A DNA stretch of 64,000 nucleotides from Macrostomum lignano. Its lineage: Eukaryota. Below, piece by piece: positions 24,960 through 35,981 of the stretch. The notes under the pieces were generated by a model that ran no database searches, had not been told where the DNA came from, and saw only the letters and a list, made by a program, of their open reading frames with translations. Made by a program: the position numbers and the translations under genes. Numbering within the stretch: position 1 is the stretch's first letter; each line of letters begins with the position of its first letter. The stretch is taken from positions 131,181 to 195,180 of the forward strand of contig NIVC01002183.1 in assembly GCA_002269645.1 (NCBI GenBank), in the 5' to 3' direction.

Positions 24960-25760
24960 CGATACAGCACCATAATTCGCATACCTGGAAGTGACACTGG
25001 GTCCACTGTTGTATTGTTGTCTATGGTATACCCAAGAAATATATCGTATTGATATAAATACATCGCAACAGCCACATTGTACAGGTTTTCAAGGCTGAGG
25101 GGACAACGTTGTCCGACGGAAAAATCTAATTCATTGAGCGTGCTACCCGAATGGAATCCAGAAGACATACGTCTCCCTAGCTCTAAGGTATTCGACGACA
25201 AGGTGGCTTTTCGATACTGCAAATTTGTTCGATGTATTTTGAAGTTCTGGAAGACAGTAAACTGCAGCAATCCCCACTTGCATGTAAAGCTAAATGATCC
25301 TAATCGAAAGCAGTATCGTCTGTCTCTGATGAACGTCTCTTTTTCTTGCGTGCTTTTGCAGAGGCCGTTTCTGAGCGTGGCGGTGGTAGAGGTCGTCACC
25401 AGCGCTTTACTGCTGAGACAAAGACTGCACTATGTAATAGCCTTTCTGAATTGTTGAAATGTGCTGCAAGCTCTTGGAGGCTTGGAGTAGTACATACTCT
25501 TGGAGTACATACTCCTGTACATAATCTTGGAGTATGTACTGCTCTCTACATTCCGCGCAGATCCTTTGGAAGGCGAATTCGGTGTGGACCGTCAAATGAG
25601 TGGCGGAAATTACTTTATTTCAGTTGAGCAGGTGCTGCTAAGTGCCCGGCTCAGGCGCATGAAGTTCTTTACCAACCTGGAACTGACTATCCGCTATCGA
25701 TGCCCGTATATGCTCGGTCAATCACCGAGCATGACAATTCTAACAAAACTGCTCGAACAG
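24960..25760 (+). pseudogene. P-element (THAP9-like) transposase C-terminal relic
   Basis: FVRCILKFWKTVNCSNP..KLNDPNR; FTAETKTALCNSL; FRADPLEGEFGVDRQMSGGNYFISVEQVL. Confidence 0.75.
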
Positions 25761-26022
25761 TGCCCAAAGTTATGTTGAAAATCCATTTAGTGCTAAGCCA
25801 GTCGTTCTGCGACTATTGTCAGTGTTCTTCTTAGAGCAAAATTCTTGCAACTGCACCTGCGAAGGTCAACCAGAACGGAAGTCGGATCGTAGCACTGTCT
25901 GTGAAAATCATCCCACAAACAGAAAGCGTTTCTTTTTATTGTCTAACCACCAGGGGCCAATTTTACGAAGCACTGGTTAATAACCAGTGGTAAAAAATCA
26001 CTGGTAGCCTATCAGTTACCAG

Positions 26023-26806
26023 GGGGTTGTTTCATATACGACTTGTAGTGGCTACTAGTGCGACTAGTGACATGTTACACGTGAATTTCGTTTCATAAAC
26101 TTTAACAAAGCTACAAGTTCCTACAAACTACAGGATAGTTACAAGTTCGTGCTACAAGCGTTTTGTTTCATATAGTGTCTATGGCTACGAGCCCCACCAC
26201 GTGTAGTGGCTGACAAGTTGAAGAGTCGTCTTCTTTTTCTCAAGCTTGTAAATTTGTTTTCAAAGCACACATTCATCTAACCTCACTCACTAAACGCGAG
26301 TTCCTTTGAATCTTTTTGACTTCGATTATTAGTACGCTTAGATAAGTAGTATGTTATTTGACTCGTCTGACGAGGAGAGTGACGGTTCCGTCGAACTCAA
26401 GCGCCGGCGCACATTCAAAGATCGTGTGAATTTCATCTGGGACGTCAACTACAGCGACCAAATAATGTTCTTTTGACTTCGCCTATCTTCTCTAACAGAA
26501 GCGTTTTCTCACTTGCAGAGAGAGGCATCTTCGGCGAATAAGCGAATGTAAAAAGCCAGCGTGGAAGAAAGACGTAAATGTATTGACTATTTTTTGCTTC
26601 CAGAAGCTTTCTCTGCCTCCTCAGGGACGTAGACACTTGTACCATAGACGATAAAGTGAATAGCTACAAGCTTTGTTATACTTGTACATTTTTTGGCTAA
26701 AATCTACAAGCAGACTTTTGAAACACTTTTGCTTGTAACTTGTACCCTGTAGCTATTCAGCTTGTAGTTTGTAGCTTGTAACTTGTACATTATATGAAAC
26801 GCACCC
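26023..26806. mobile_element. Nested non-autonomous Harbinger (internal deletion derivative)
   Basis: Imperfect 16-bp TIRs GGGGTTGTTTCATATA / TATATGAAACGCACCC with CAG/CTG flanks. It retains only the nuclease start (+, MLFDSSDEE...RRRTFKDR at 26351) and the Myb start (-, MPLSASEKTLLLEKI). Confidence 0.75.
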
Positions 26807-27079
26807 CTGTGCTGATAATTTCGATTTTACGAAGCACTGATAAAAGATGTTGCTTGGTCGATAAGTAGCCAACCAGTGCGTAAAATTTTGTGAATGGATT
26901 GAAGCTCGCTTGCTACCAAATTTCGAAGTTGGCCCATAGACAAATAAAACAAAAGTCGCGACAAGTAGAAGGGGACAAGAAATCGTCTCTTAAAAGTCGC
27001 TTTGTATTTCTCCATTTCTGAGTGGAAAGAGCTCACTAGCTTTCTTGGTTCGCCACTGTGACTCAATAGAGCTTGGGCC

Positions 27080-27514
27080 ATGCTGTCCAGGGATCAGAAG
27101 CGTTTGTTTTTGCGCGAAATTTTAGAGCGCAAAGAAATCCTGTTTAGAAGCTTTACCAACACCAGTGATGGAAACCAACGGAAGAAGGAAGCATGGTCGG
27201 AAATAATTGAGGTGTTGCGCGCAAACGGATACACGGATGCGGCCACCGTGCAGCATACCCGTGACGTGACGTGGAAGAACCTGCGGAGTACGACTCTAAA
27301 GAAAGTCGACAACAGTAAACAGACTGGCGCTGCTGGAGGCAAGGCAGCTGACTTATCTGATGTAGACGAGATCGTCCTACGAGATCGGCAGAGAATCACC
27401 AACGACGCAAAGACTCCACACAATCGCAACGTTCTCAATTTCAGCGAAATACTGCAGAACTGCACCGTCATCAATGGCACCCTCGTGTACGATGCACAAA
27501 TTATGCAGCACTGA
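27080..27514 (+). CDS. Harbinger Myb/SANT-like protein (C-terminus runs into the nuclease gene)
   Basis: KRLFLREILERKEILF...KKEAWSEIIEVL...WKNLRSTTLKK...TGAAGG. Confidence 0.8.
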   Translation: MLSRDQKRLFLREILERKEILFRSFTNTSDGNQRKKEAWSEIIEVLRANGYTDAATVQHTRDVTWKNLRSTTLKKVDNSKQTGAAGGKAADLSDVDEIVLRDRQRITNDAKTPHNRNVLNFSEILQNCTVINGTLVYDAQIMQH

Positions 27515-28400
27515 ACAAGCTTTCACGATTTCACTGGCGTACGCGGGTCCCTTGGCTCTTAACATGCGCAGACATGGAAATCAGACTTTTAACAAGCCAA
27601 TGGCCCTTTCAACGATGCTGCGTGTGCGGCGATGAGCCGAGTTAAACCGATTCTCTGCCTGAGTCAGGTTGTTTCGTAGAACGGGGGGAATCAACTACTG
27701 AAGGCAGGGATATAGTGAGTCACCAAGCAGGACACACCCAGGAAAAAAGCGGAAGCCGTGTCGCTCCAAACTAGTAAACAGATTGGAGTTTCGTAGCACA
27801 CGTGCATCGTTCACGCTACCTGGCTACGAGGAGTTCACATAGAAAAGTTGGTGCTTCGGTCCGCAGACAACCATGACATTCAGTGAATGTCCGCCCTTTC
27901 TGTCCACGAACTGAGCCTCGTTCTCATGTGGGGTGCGAATATTAATCAATGTTCCATCTACTGCGCCACATATGCTAGGCATTTCACCAAGCTGAAAAAA
28001 TTCCACTGCTAGATTCTCCACACCTTGCTAAGGGGCCAGCACACGACATCTTGAAATAGTGTATCATTAATGGCCCGAGTGACACGCTTTACAACTTGAC
28101 ACACTGTTGCCTCAGACGGTCCATGTGCTTCCTTGATCAAATGGTAATACGAGTTTGTAGCGTAGAAACGTAGCGCCGTCAGTATTTGCTGATTAGGTGT
28201 CAATGCGCAGCTACAACGAGTTTGTCGCTGGAGCACAGGTCCGCTCTGGCGTTCCAACTCTTCAAACGTATTTCTGTTCAATCTGAAGCGTTGAACAAAG
28301 TCCCTGTCGTCCTCAAAGAATTCTCTCTGGATGTATCTGTGCGTTCTGTGCTCGTTGAACGGGCTCTTCGTTGATATTCCACAGTTGAAGAAGGTCCATG
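27370..28400 (-). pseudogene. Harbinger (HARBI1-like, DDE_Tnp_4) nuclease with stops and frameshifts
   Basis: LTALRFYATNSYY; ICGAVDGTLINI; GHSLNVMVVC; PGSVNDARV; LLGDSLYP; IVKACSVLHN. Confidence 0.92.
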
Positions 28401-28462
28401 ATTTTGATATTTATCCTGCTTCGAGGGTGGATTAAAATTTGCTTGATTTTATGAATCAGATT

Positions 28463-28553
28463 AAACATGCCTTTTGAGGGAGTTATTTATATAAATCACG
28501 AGGGCCGAAGGCCCGAGGGATTTATGAAAATAACTCCCGAAGAAGGCATGTTT
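28463..28553. other. Crypton terminal hairpin: imperfect 35-bp arms around a GGGCC-GAA-GGCCC core
   Basis: AAACATGCCTT..GGGAGTTATTT..ATAAATC pairs with 28519-28553. Confidence 0.85.
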
Positions 28554-28870
28554 TATCTCATATAAACCATAGATAAACTCCGGGATAATATTAGATAATA
28601 CCCCGGAGTTATAATATAATCCTGCAAATACAAAAAAGAAGTGTCTATGGCCAAAATGCCTACTAACTGAGAGGTGGGGTCGAGGGGGCGATGAGCCCCC
28701 GCGGGGGTGTGGGGGCAGAGCCCCCACGTAAACAAACACTTATAATTAATTGTCTATGGTCTAAAGTGATGTATGTTCTTAAAAGCTACACGTCGGGAGA
28801 TCAGGTCTGACTTTCATTTAAGTTTCGACAGTTCATTCATTTATTACAGAGTCTATCGAAAGGCTTTTCG

Positions 28871-30262
28871 ATGCGTCGAATTCCTAATCCACTCGTCGAC
28901 TATTCAAAAGATTTTATTGGCAACTTCGATCCAAACGTCCTACCGCTCGATTTCGTAAAGTCACGCGCTGGTGGAGATTTTCAAGATCATCAGTGGCTGG
29001 CGACTGAGATGAAAAGATATGAAGAAGAAGTGGAGTTGGAAGATTTATACGAGATAGAGACGTTTGAGACACCACTGTTGGATGGTGGCGGTCGTTTTGC
29101 TATAGTCGACAGTGTTGCCGCGCTGAACGAGTCTGTCCGTCCAAAGGGCACAATCAATCGGAACAACTGGGCCCTGCGAATTTTCCAGGCATGGGTGAGC
29201 TCTCGTGTCAGTGAGATCGGCATGAAGCCCATCACCGAGTTCAGCTGTGAGGAAATCAATACGATTCTCGGTCGCTTCATCCACGAGGTGCGAAAGGTCA
29301 ACGGCGAGCGTTATCCTAGAGGGTCATTAGTATCGATAGCCGCTGGACTCAATTCGGCCATTCGAGAGGTCCAGCCGACAGTAGATCTGTTCAAGTCAAT
29401 GGAACTACGGCCATTCAGGGACTCGTTGGACGCTGCCATGAAACTGTCAACCGCCGCTGGTACTTCACTCAACAGTAAGCCAGCTGGGATTTTAAGTGTT
29501 TCTGACGAAGAAAAAATATGGCAGTCTGGAGTCCTCGGCTTGGATAATCCTGATCAGCTGACCAAGACGCTCTTTTTTCTCAATGGACTCCACTTTGCTC
29601 TACGTGGAGGTGAAGAGCATTCGAATCTGATGCTTTCCCAGATAACAATTGAAATACGCGACAACGAAGAGTGTCTTATTTACCGAGAAGCCTCATCAAA
29701 GACCTACCATGGCGGCTTGAATGACAAACGTCGCAAACAAGTGGAGCGGTTGTACGTCCCTTCTCACGCTAGATCCGTCTGTCATCTACAAGCGTTCAAG
29801 ACTTATCTAAAGGTGCGTCCCCCAGACGCTACACGATTCTACCTCCAATCGGCCAAAAAGTGGGATAGCGGTGCGGCGTGGTATTGTAACAGACCGATTG
29901 GCAAAAACTACATGTGCAAAATGATGGCTACGATCACCGAGGATGCTGGCGTGCCCAAGCTGACAAACCACAGCCTGAGGGCAACATGTGCGACGCGTCT
30001 CTTTCAAGCTGGTGTGGACGAGCAGCTTATAATGGAGCGTACTGGCCATCGCAGTGTCGACGGCGTACGTGCGTACAAGCGAACATCTACGAACCTAATC
30101 AAGTCGTCTAGTCTGGTGGTCGATGGCAGGCCGATTCAAGAAGCCACGACCTCATCTGGTGCATCTGGAAGTGGTGGCCACAGCTTCGTATTCAACAACT
30201 GTTCCGTTGTTCAAAACATTTGTACGATGGGTACCTGTAGTCGACCTGATGGATTGCTATAA
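28871..30262 (+). CDS. Intact Crypton tyrosine recombinase, 463 aa (DUF3504/ZMYM-QRICH1-like)
   Basis: Uninterrupted ORF with the complete catalytic set: ALRGGEEH (R), SSKT (K), NHSLR (HxxR), TGH (H), AYKR (Y). Confidence 0.93.
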   Translation: MRRIPNPLVDYSKDFIGNFDPNVLPLDFVKSRAGGDFQDHQWLATEMKRYEEEVELEDLYEIETFETPLLDGGGRFAIVDSVAALNESVRPKGTINRNNWALRIFQAWVSSRVSEIGMKPITEFSCEEINTILGRFIHEVRKVNGERYPRGSLVSIAAGLNSAIREVQPTVDLFKSMELRPFRDSLDAAMKLSTAAGTSLNSKPAGILSVSDEEKIWQSGVLGLDNPDQLTKTLFFLNGLHFALRGGEEHSNLMLSQITIEIRDNEECLIYREASSKTYHGGLNDKRRKQVERLYVPSHARSVCHLQAFKTYLKVRPPDATRFYLQSAKKWDSGAAWYCNRPIGKNYMCKMMATITEDAGVPKLTNHSLRATCATRLFQAGVDEQLIMERTGHRSVDGVRAYKRTSTNLIKSSSLVVDGRPIQEATTSSGASGSGGHSFVFNNCSVVQNICTMGTCSRPDGLL

Positions 30263-30610
30263 ATCGTTAGCTATACGTAACAAACTGAAATAATATGCGA
30301 ACATACTGGTGAAAACTGTTTTGACCATTGCAATGATCTGTTAAATTCAATTTTTTATCATATTGCATGTTTAGTGTCTATGGTCAGAATCAACTGACTG
30401 AAGAAATATACCGACAAATAAAATCCCGGAAAAACTAAGATTATCAAGTCATGTAACATCCCGCGACTTGAAAAAATGTACCGGAAAGTTGCGTTATCTA
30501 TGGTTTATCTACGATTTCTTACCAGTGGTAGACTGATAAGAGCTTGGTAAAATTGGATTCAGCACCTCTGCCACACAAAATTGTCTATGGTTATCGATGG
30601 TTGATGAGTG

Positions 30611-32785
30611 GTAAAAAATCATTGTCGTTTGACCACAGCATGCAGGAATGATTTTTTCGATTTATTATCGTGCAGGAATGTCTGTGTCTATGGTAGAAAT
30701 CACTTGACATACGTTAGCTTATCGTGCAGGAATGACTTCATTCCTGCACGATTTAACAATTTATTTTTAGAAGCAACTGAATATGTAATCAATAACAATA
30801 TGGAAGAACAAAAAGGATAATAAGTGGAACTAGGGAAACAGTTAATGAGTCTATAGACCTACTCACACCCCTCTCGGCATTTACTCGAAAATAAACTGCA
30901 CAACATTCGTTTCGCCGTTTGCCAAAATCTTCATCCGCTTAGTGGGGGCTGCTACAAGTGTGGTGGTCGATTCTTCAACAACCAGTGACTTCTTGACAGT
31001 TGACATTGACGCTGATCCGCACGGGTCGGTAGTCGCAACAGCCCTTGTAGGAGCGTCGCTCAGGGCGCACGGGTCGGTAGTTGTAACAGCCCTTGCAGGA
31101 GCTTCGCTCAATGTAGAACTTGGTGCCGGCATAGTTCCAGCTAGAGCGACTGTCAGCTGATCACTCATCCCTGCCATGATCGAGTCCCTCTTCTTGCCTC
31201 TCCGGATGTATCGTTCTACCGACGCGCTATTCTGTGAATAGAGGTGGTGTTTAATAAATTCCTTGTCCATGTGTCAATAAACTTACTAAGAATAAAGAAT
31301 TGCTCACCTTGTGACCTGTCACCTTCGCAATTTTTTTCGACAGAAAAGCCAGCTTCATGCAGCTCCGTAACAACTGTAGGTCGCACACAATGCGGAGTGT
31401 ACAGCTTGGACAGGTTAGCATTCGAAGAGATCTTCTTGAGCAACGGCCCCAAAGTGTTGATTCCAACTGGTACTTTGGTGTACCAGATGCCATCCGCATT
31501 CACTCGTGGTTTCGGACGCAGAAAGAAGTCCTCCTGATTCCAACCCGGCACGGCAGTAATTTTCGACAAATAAAGCTTTGAGGTGCTGCCTTGCAACTCG
31601 ATCGCCATAGCTCCGTTTGATAGGGCCTTCTCTCGGAATGAACGAACAGTGAGACCTCGTAGCCATTCTCTGCCGCGATTGCCAAAATAAAATAACACAT
31701 TGAAATATACCTCTTCTTGCAAACGTGTTGGAGTGCTTCTGTCGAAGTAAGAAGCAAGCTTGACAAGGTCGTCCGACTCAATGGCTTCGTAATGCTGCAC
31801 TCGACCACCGGACTTCAAATACGCATTGCAAACATTCTTCACCATCAAATTCGCGCTATGAAAAGCCTCGTGAGCGATGATATTGAGGCCACGTAATTTC
31901 ATAAAGTACCTGAACAGTGCGGCTCGAATTCCTACGATTGTATTCGGCGAATAGAAGCTGCCGTCTGACTTACGCAGAGTCGCATAGAAGTAGCGGACCC
32001 ATTTGGCAATTTCTTCCACCGAAGCAGTCGCGTAATCCACTTTTAAATTATTCTCCGCCAACCAGGCCGTCAAGCGGTTGATCACAGCTTTCTCCTTAGA
32101 GACAGTCGAATGACATTCGTTGTCGCTTTCCAGTTGAGCGGCCAGACTTTCCAATTCGTCAAGGTTACACAAGGTTTCCGGATCCGAGCTGAAAAGTTTC
32201 TCTAATTCCTCGCTGAACGTGCAATCCGCTATCAGTGCAGTCAAATCGTCGCCCGTCCTCTCAAAGTTGCTGGACACACTTTCAATAAACATTTCGTCGC
32301 CACTTAATCCAGACACCGTAGCGTAGCGAAAATCAATTAATGGAGGATTCAGAGCCGAGTCGATTACAGACGCCATAGTCAATAAGCTTTATACACTTTT
32401 CTATAAACTCTCCACTCAATTTTCATCTCTTCTTAACGTTTCTCGAAAACCGTGCAGGAATGACTTTGTCTATGGTCAAAAGACAATGATTTTCTTCGTG
32501 CTTTTGCCATTGACGCACTCGTTTTCGTGCAGGAATATTACATTGTCGGCTGATTTTCCATGCAGGAATGGCATTCTTGCACTCTTTTGCGTGCAGGAAT
32601 GGATGTCTATGGTAAAATCTCACTGAAAAAGCATTAGGCGCAGAAATGCATTCCTGCACGGTTTTGTGCATTCCTGCACGATGAATCATCCGACAATGGA
32701 ATTCCTTCACGTTCACTCGTGCGTGAAGGACATCGTGCACTCGTGCATATGTCATTCCCGCACTCGTGACCGTGCAGGAATATAT
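30611..32785 (-). mobile_element. Crypton family D element nested in the Harbinger
   Basis: Both ends carry TGCAGGAAT repeats. There is a hairpin ATCGTGCAGGAATGAC/TTCATTCCTGCACGAT (30720-30751) and an inverted AAAATCATTGTC.TTTGAC repeat. Ends are approximate. Confidence 0.7.
30881..32382 (-). CDS. Crypton tyrosine recombinase (KCTD1-like), two exons: 32382-31308 and 31231-30881, with one homopolymer frameshift near 31330
   Basis: FGNRGRE (R); LYTPHCVR (HxxR); VTGHK | GT..AG intron 31307-31232 | NSASVERY (Y). The segment usually carrying K..NH..CPV looks shortened. Confidence 0.85.
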
Positions 32786-33498
32786 CAGTGCTTTGTAAAA
32801 TGGAGATTGGTAAGTGCTTCGTAAAATTGGCCCCAGAAGCAACCGTGGTGAGGCATCAAAAGACGTCTATGGCCCAACCTATCTCAAGAATTCGTTTAGC
32901 AGATTTAGCAAGTGCAGCGTGGTAGAAGCTTGTCTATGCAGCGAGCGAAATCACCATGAATCATAACGAGACGCACATTCAGTTCAACGCTTTCGTTCGC
33001 TCTAAGCTTGAAAAATCTGCAGCAGAATTAGAGGAGGATCTCCGGACCACACTGCCAAACAACTGCCCAATTTGAAGGACAATTTACAGGTGGTTTCAGC
33101 ACTTCAGTAGTCCTGCGTGTCGCCAGATCTGGTCAATCATGTTCAACCAGGACGACAGAGAACACCGACGTCTTCAGCGACCAAGTCAAGGAAGACCCTA
33201 GACAGTCGGTCAGGGAGCTAGTGGACTGCTTGGAGATGGATTTCAAGACAGTCTATTATTGCATCCTGACAGAGGATCTCTATCTCCGCAATGTCTGCTC
33301 AGTCTGGGTGCCCCATGAACTCAATGCCGACCAGCGGCAGGCTCGTATGAACTGCGCCAAGCAGATCCGCAAGGTGTTCAGCGACCAAGGCTTGGAGGAG
33401 ATTCTAAACTGCCTGGTTGTTGAGGATAAAACCTGGCTCCACCTGAATGGGAAAGGCATCAAGACACACAATCGCTGCTGGCTGGGTGCTGGGGACTC

Positions 33499-35616
33499 CA
33501 GGTGAATCGGATTTGACCGGAGGGTGCGCCAGAGATTCCCAGACGAAGTCAATAAAGTACTGACCATAGAGGAAAGAATATAATGGAGGGCTAATCTGAG
33601 CCAGTTATTTTTGTTTCGCTCAATCTTCACTTTTAACATCCCTTTCCCCCCGTTCCTTCCTATTGGCTCGTCACTGCCATAGACAAACTCGTTCTCGTCT
33701 CGGTTTTTTGTTTTCGCCCCCACTGAAAGGAATGTCACAGCCACAGAATATAGACAGAATGCCCGATCAGCCCTCTCACAGAAAAATCTGCCGCAAAAAG
33801 TATTTGCATATTTAGCTACTTTTGTGGTGAAGAAAGATAGTAGTCACTTATACTTACGCGTATGCGGCTTGGGGGGGGTTGTGCCATAGACGACTGAGAC
33901 TGCAGTCTTATATATATATACTGTATATTCTGTGGCCGCTGCTGCTGCTACTGACATGAATAAGGCAGTGGTTAGCGGCAACCAAGGCACCAACAGAGAC
34001 AACTATAACAGTATGACAGCATCAAGAATGCACTGCATATAGCTGCCAGAACTACGCAAACAAATTTCCTGCACAAACGAGATTTCATCGATTCCCAGCA
34101 AACCGTGAAAGGTACGTTCATGTACCGTCAGATAAATTCCACGAGCCGCGTGTTGGCGCCAGTGTTAGAGCTTTGTTTCTCAGTTCAGTTCAAACTCTCA
34201 TACGAACTCATTCTGATGAGCACAACAAACGCTGTACTATATTGGTTTAGCAACGCTGTACACCAATCTGAGGCTCCACCATTGGTGCAACAGTTCTGGC
34301 GCAGAACAGGAAAAGCAGAAGAGGGACTGCACTTGTACCAGTGCAGTGCAGAGAAAGCTGAGGCGACTGAACGCTGATTGAGGAATGTAATCGATTGGGG
34401 AAAGTGTACATGTAATGTGAACTGGAGCAGCGAATACATGTTGGAGTAAATTGGTGAATTAATAATAATAATTAAATTATGTTTCAAATATGTTATTTGT
34501 CTCAAATAAATGATTGGTTGAAACGCCTACGGTTTTATTCCAATTTTGGCACTGCCAAACCCGCTAATTTTCAATTCTGGAGCAATATCTACTTTTATAG
34601 AATCACACGCAGAGTCTATATATATACATATAGAATTTTCATAACTACTGCTCTGCTTCACCACAAAAGTAGTTTGTTTGCATTTTAATTTCCAACCATC
34701 ACGCGACAGCCGATCGGGCATTCTGTCTATATTCTGTGGTCACTCACATCAAAATATGCTTTTTCAGAGTTTCAGTTTTTTTGTGTAGTACAACTAAGCT
34801 GACATGCCATTCGCTGCCAGAATCGCAGGCTCTGACATCATCATGCAACAAGGGGATCAGTCTCCTGGAAAGAGCAGAAAGCGACTCAAACCCAACTCTG
34901 TGCCTAAGCCGAGACTTCTAGCGGACAACCAGTTGGATGCTTCAACCTCAGAGGAGTCACAGCATTCTATGGCGAATCAGAATCGTCAGAAATGAAATGC
35001 AAGTCGGCTAAAGGAGAAGCTGACTGGACGAGAAGAGATGTAAGTTTACAAAAGCTGTAAAGAAAGCTGTTTCGCTCGCAGGCCAGCTCTAAAGCTTCAC
35101 GCTCATACGTATGTGCTATTTGCCGAAGTTGAAGCTGTATCGCAGGCAGCTGTCAACAGTTACTTTTCGCCTGCAGAGAGTTTTGGTTGAGCTAAAAAAG
35201 ATGAAGAAGCATTCAAAGTTATACTGCAAGGCCATCGATTTCGTGCGGTACTTTTTTACGGACAGTGGGAGGATTCTGCTGAAAGAGAATTGACCTAATG
35301 TACAGAGGGACGCAGATTGAATTTTTGTTCAAAGCCTTGCATGCTGTTTCCACGGGCATATAGTCATGCATAGTCCACGATATTACTTTCAGAGGGGGCC
35401 GGAAACAAAACACGAGACGAAAACGAGTTTGTCTATGGCAGTGACGAGCCAATAGGAAGGAACGGGGGGAAAGGGATGTTAAAAGTGAAGATTGAGCGAA
35501 ACAAAAGTAACTGGCTCAGATTAGCCCTCCATTCTATTCTTTCCTCTACTGTCAGTACTTTATTGACTTCGTCTGGGAATCTCTGGCGCACTCTCCGGTC
35601 AAATCCGATTCACCTG
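33499..35616. mobile_element. Non-autonomous DNA element with about 220-bp TIRs (P/THAP-like)
   Basis: CAGGTGAATCGGATTTGACC...GGTCAAATCCGATTCACCTG inverted repeats (33499-33720 vs 35395-35616). Internal + strand THAP-like KRLKPNSVP at about 34880. No TSD recoverable. Confidence 0.75.
33742..34738. mobile_element. Nested P-type MITE, TIR CACAGAATATAGACAGAATGCCCGATC
   Basis: Inverted 27-bp repeat. Flanks GTCACAGC / GTCACTCA are a 5/8 match to an 8-bp TSD. Confidence 0.6.
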
Positions 35617-35981
35617 GACAACGAGTGAATCTGCTTTGGCAGAGTGCCTACAGCCCGGGCTTTAACTTTTGCGACAGATTTCTGTTCAAATGGCTGAAGA
35701 CTACAAGAGGAGTTTCACATTACAAGATGACAAGCAGGCCGCGTTGCACTGGTTCTCGCAGCTTGAGGACAAGCACCTGCAAGCTGAGGTGGAGAAGCTG
35801 CACGAGCACTGCCAGAGGATGATTGACATCTACTTTGTTGAGCGATACAGTTTTGTTCGCCTGTGGTTATCAGTTAGTCTGTTTTCCCCCAGAGACATTA
35901 CATATGACACAACCAAAGTATATGAGAATAAACTAAACGAGTTTACCATTTTATCAAAAGCAATTGTGAATCGATGAGGGT

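Larger units (their letters stand above)
28461..30510 (+). mobile_element. Apparently complete Crypton family A element nested in the Harbinger
   Basis: Left hairpin, sub-terminal inverted repeat ATAAACCATAGATAA (28562) / TTATCTATGGTTTAT (30494), and an intact YR ORF. Harbinger-type repeats resume at about 30512. Exact ends are uncertain. Confidence 0.75.
25954..32833. mobile_element. PIF/Harbinger element (6.9 kb including nested inserts), 21-bp perfect TIRs, CAG TSD
   Basis: GGGCCAATTTTACGAAGCACT at 25954-25974 and its reverse complement at 32813-32833. CAG is at 25951-25953 and 32834-32836. Convergent Myb and nuclease genes lie inside. Confidence 0.9.
32845..35900 (+). mobile_element. mariner-like relic split by a 2.1-kb insertion
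   Basis: RTIYRWFQHF, VCSVWVPHEL, VVEDKTWL (32960-33498), and AYSPGFNFCDRFLFKWLK...KLHEHCQRMI (35620-35830). Confidence 0.8.

Noticed and set aside
28871-30262. Bacterial or phage integrase (contamination or HGT)
   Set aside because: Motifs match DUF3504/Crypton, relatives carry spliceosomal introns, and the neighbours are animal TEs.
28461-32785. Single Crypton encoding two convergent recombinases
   Set aside because: About 100 bp of Harbinger-type repeats (TTACCAGTGG, GCTTGGTAAAATTGG) lie between the two, and each YR has its own distinct end repeats. Two insertions is more parsimonious, though not proven.
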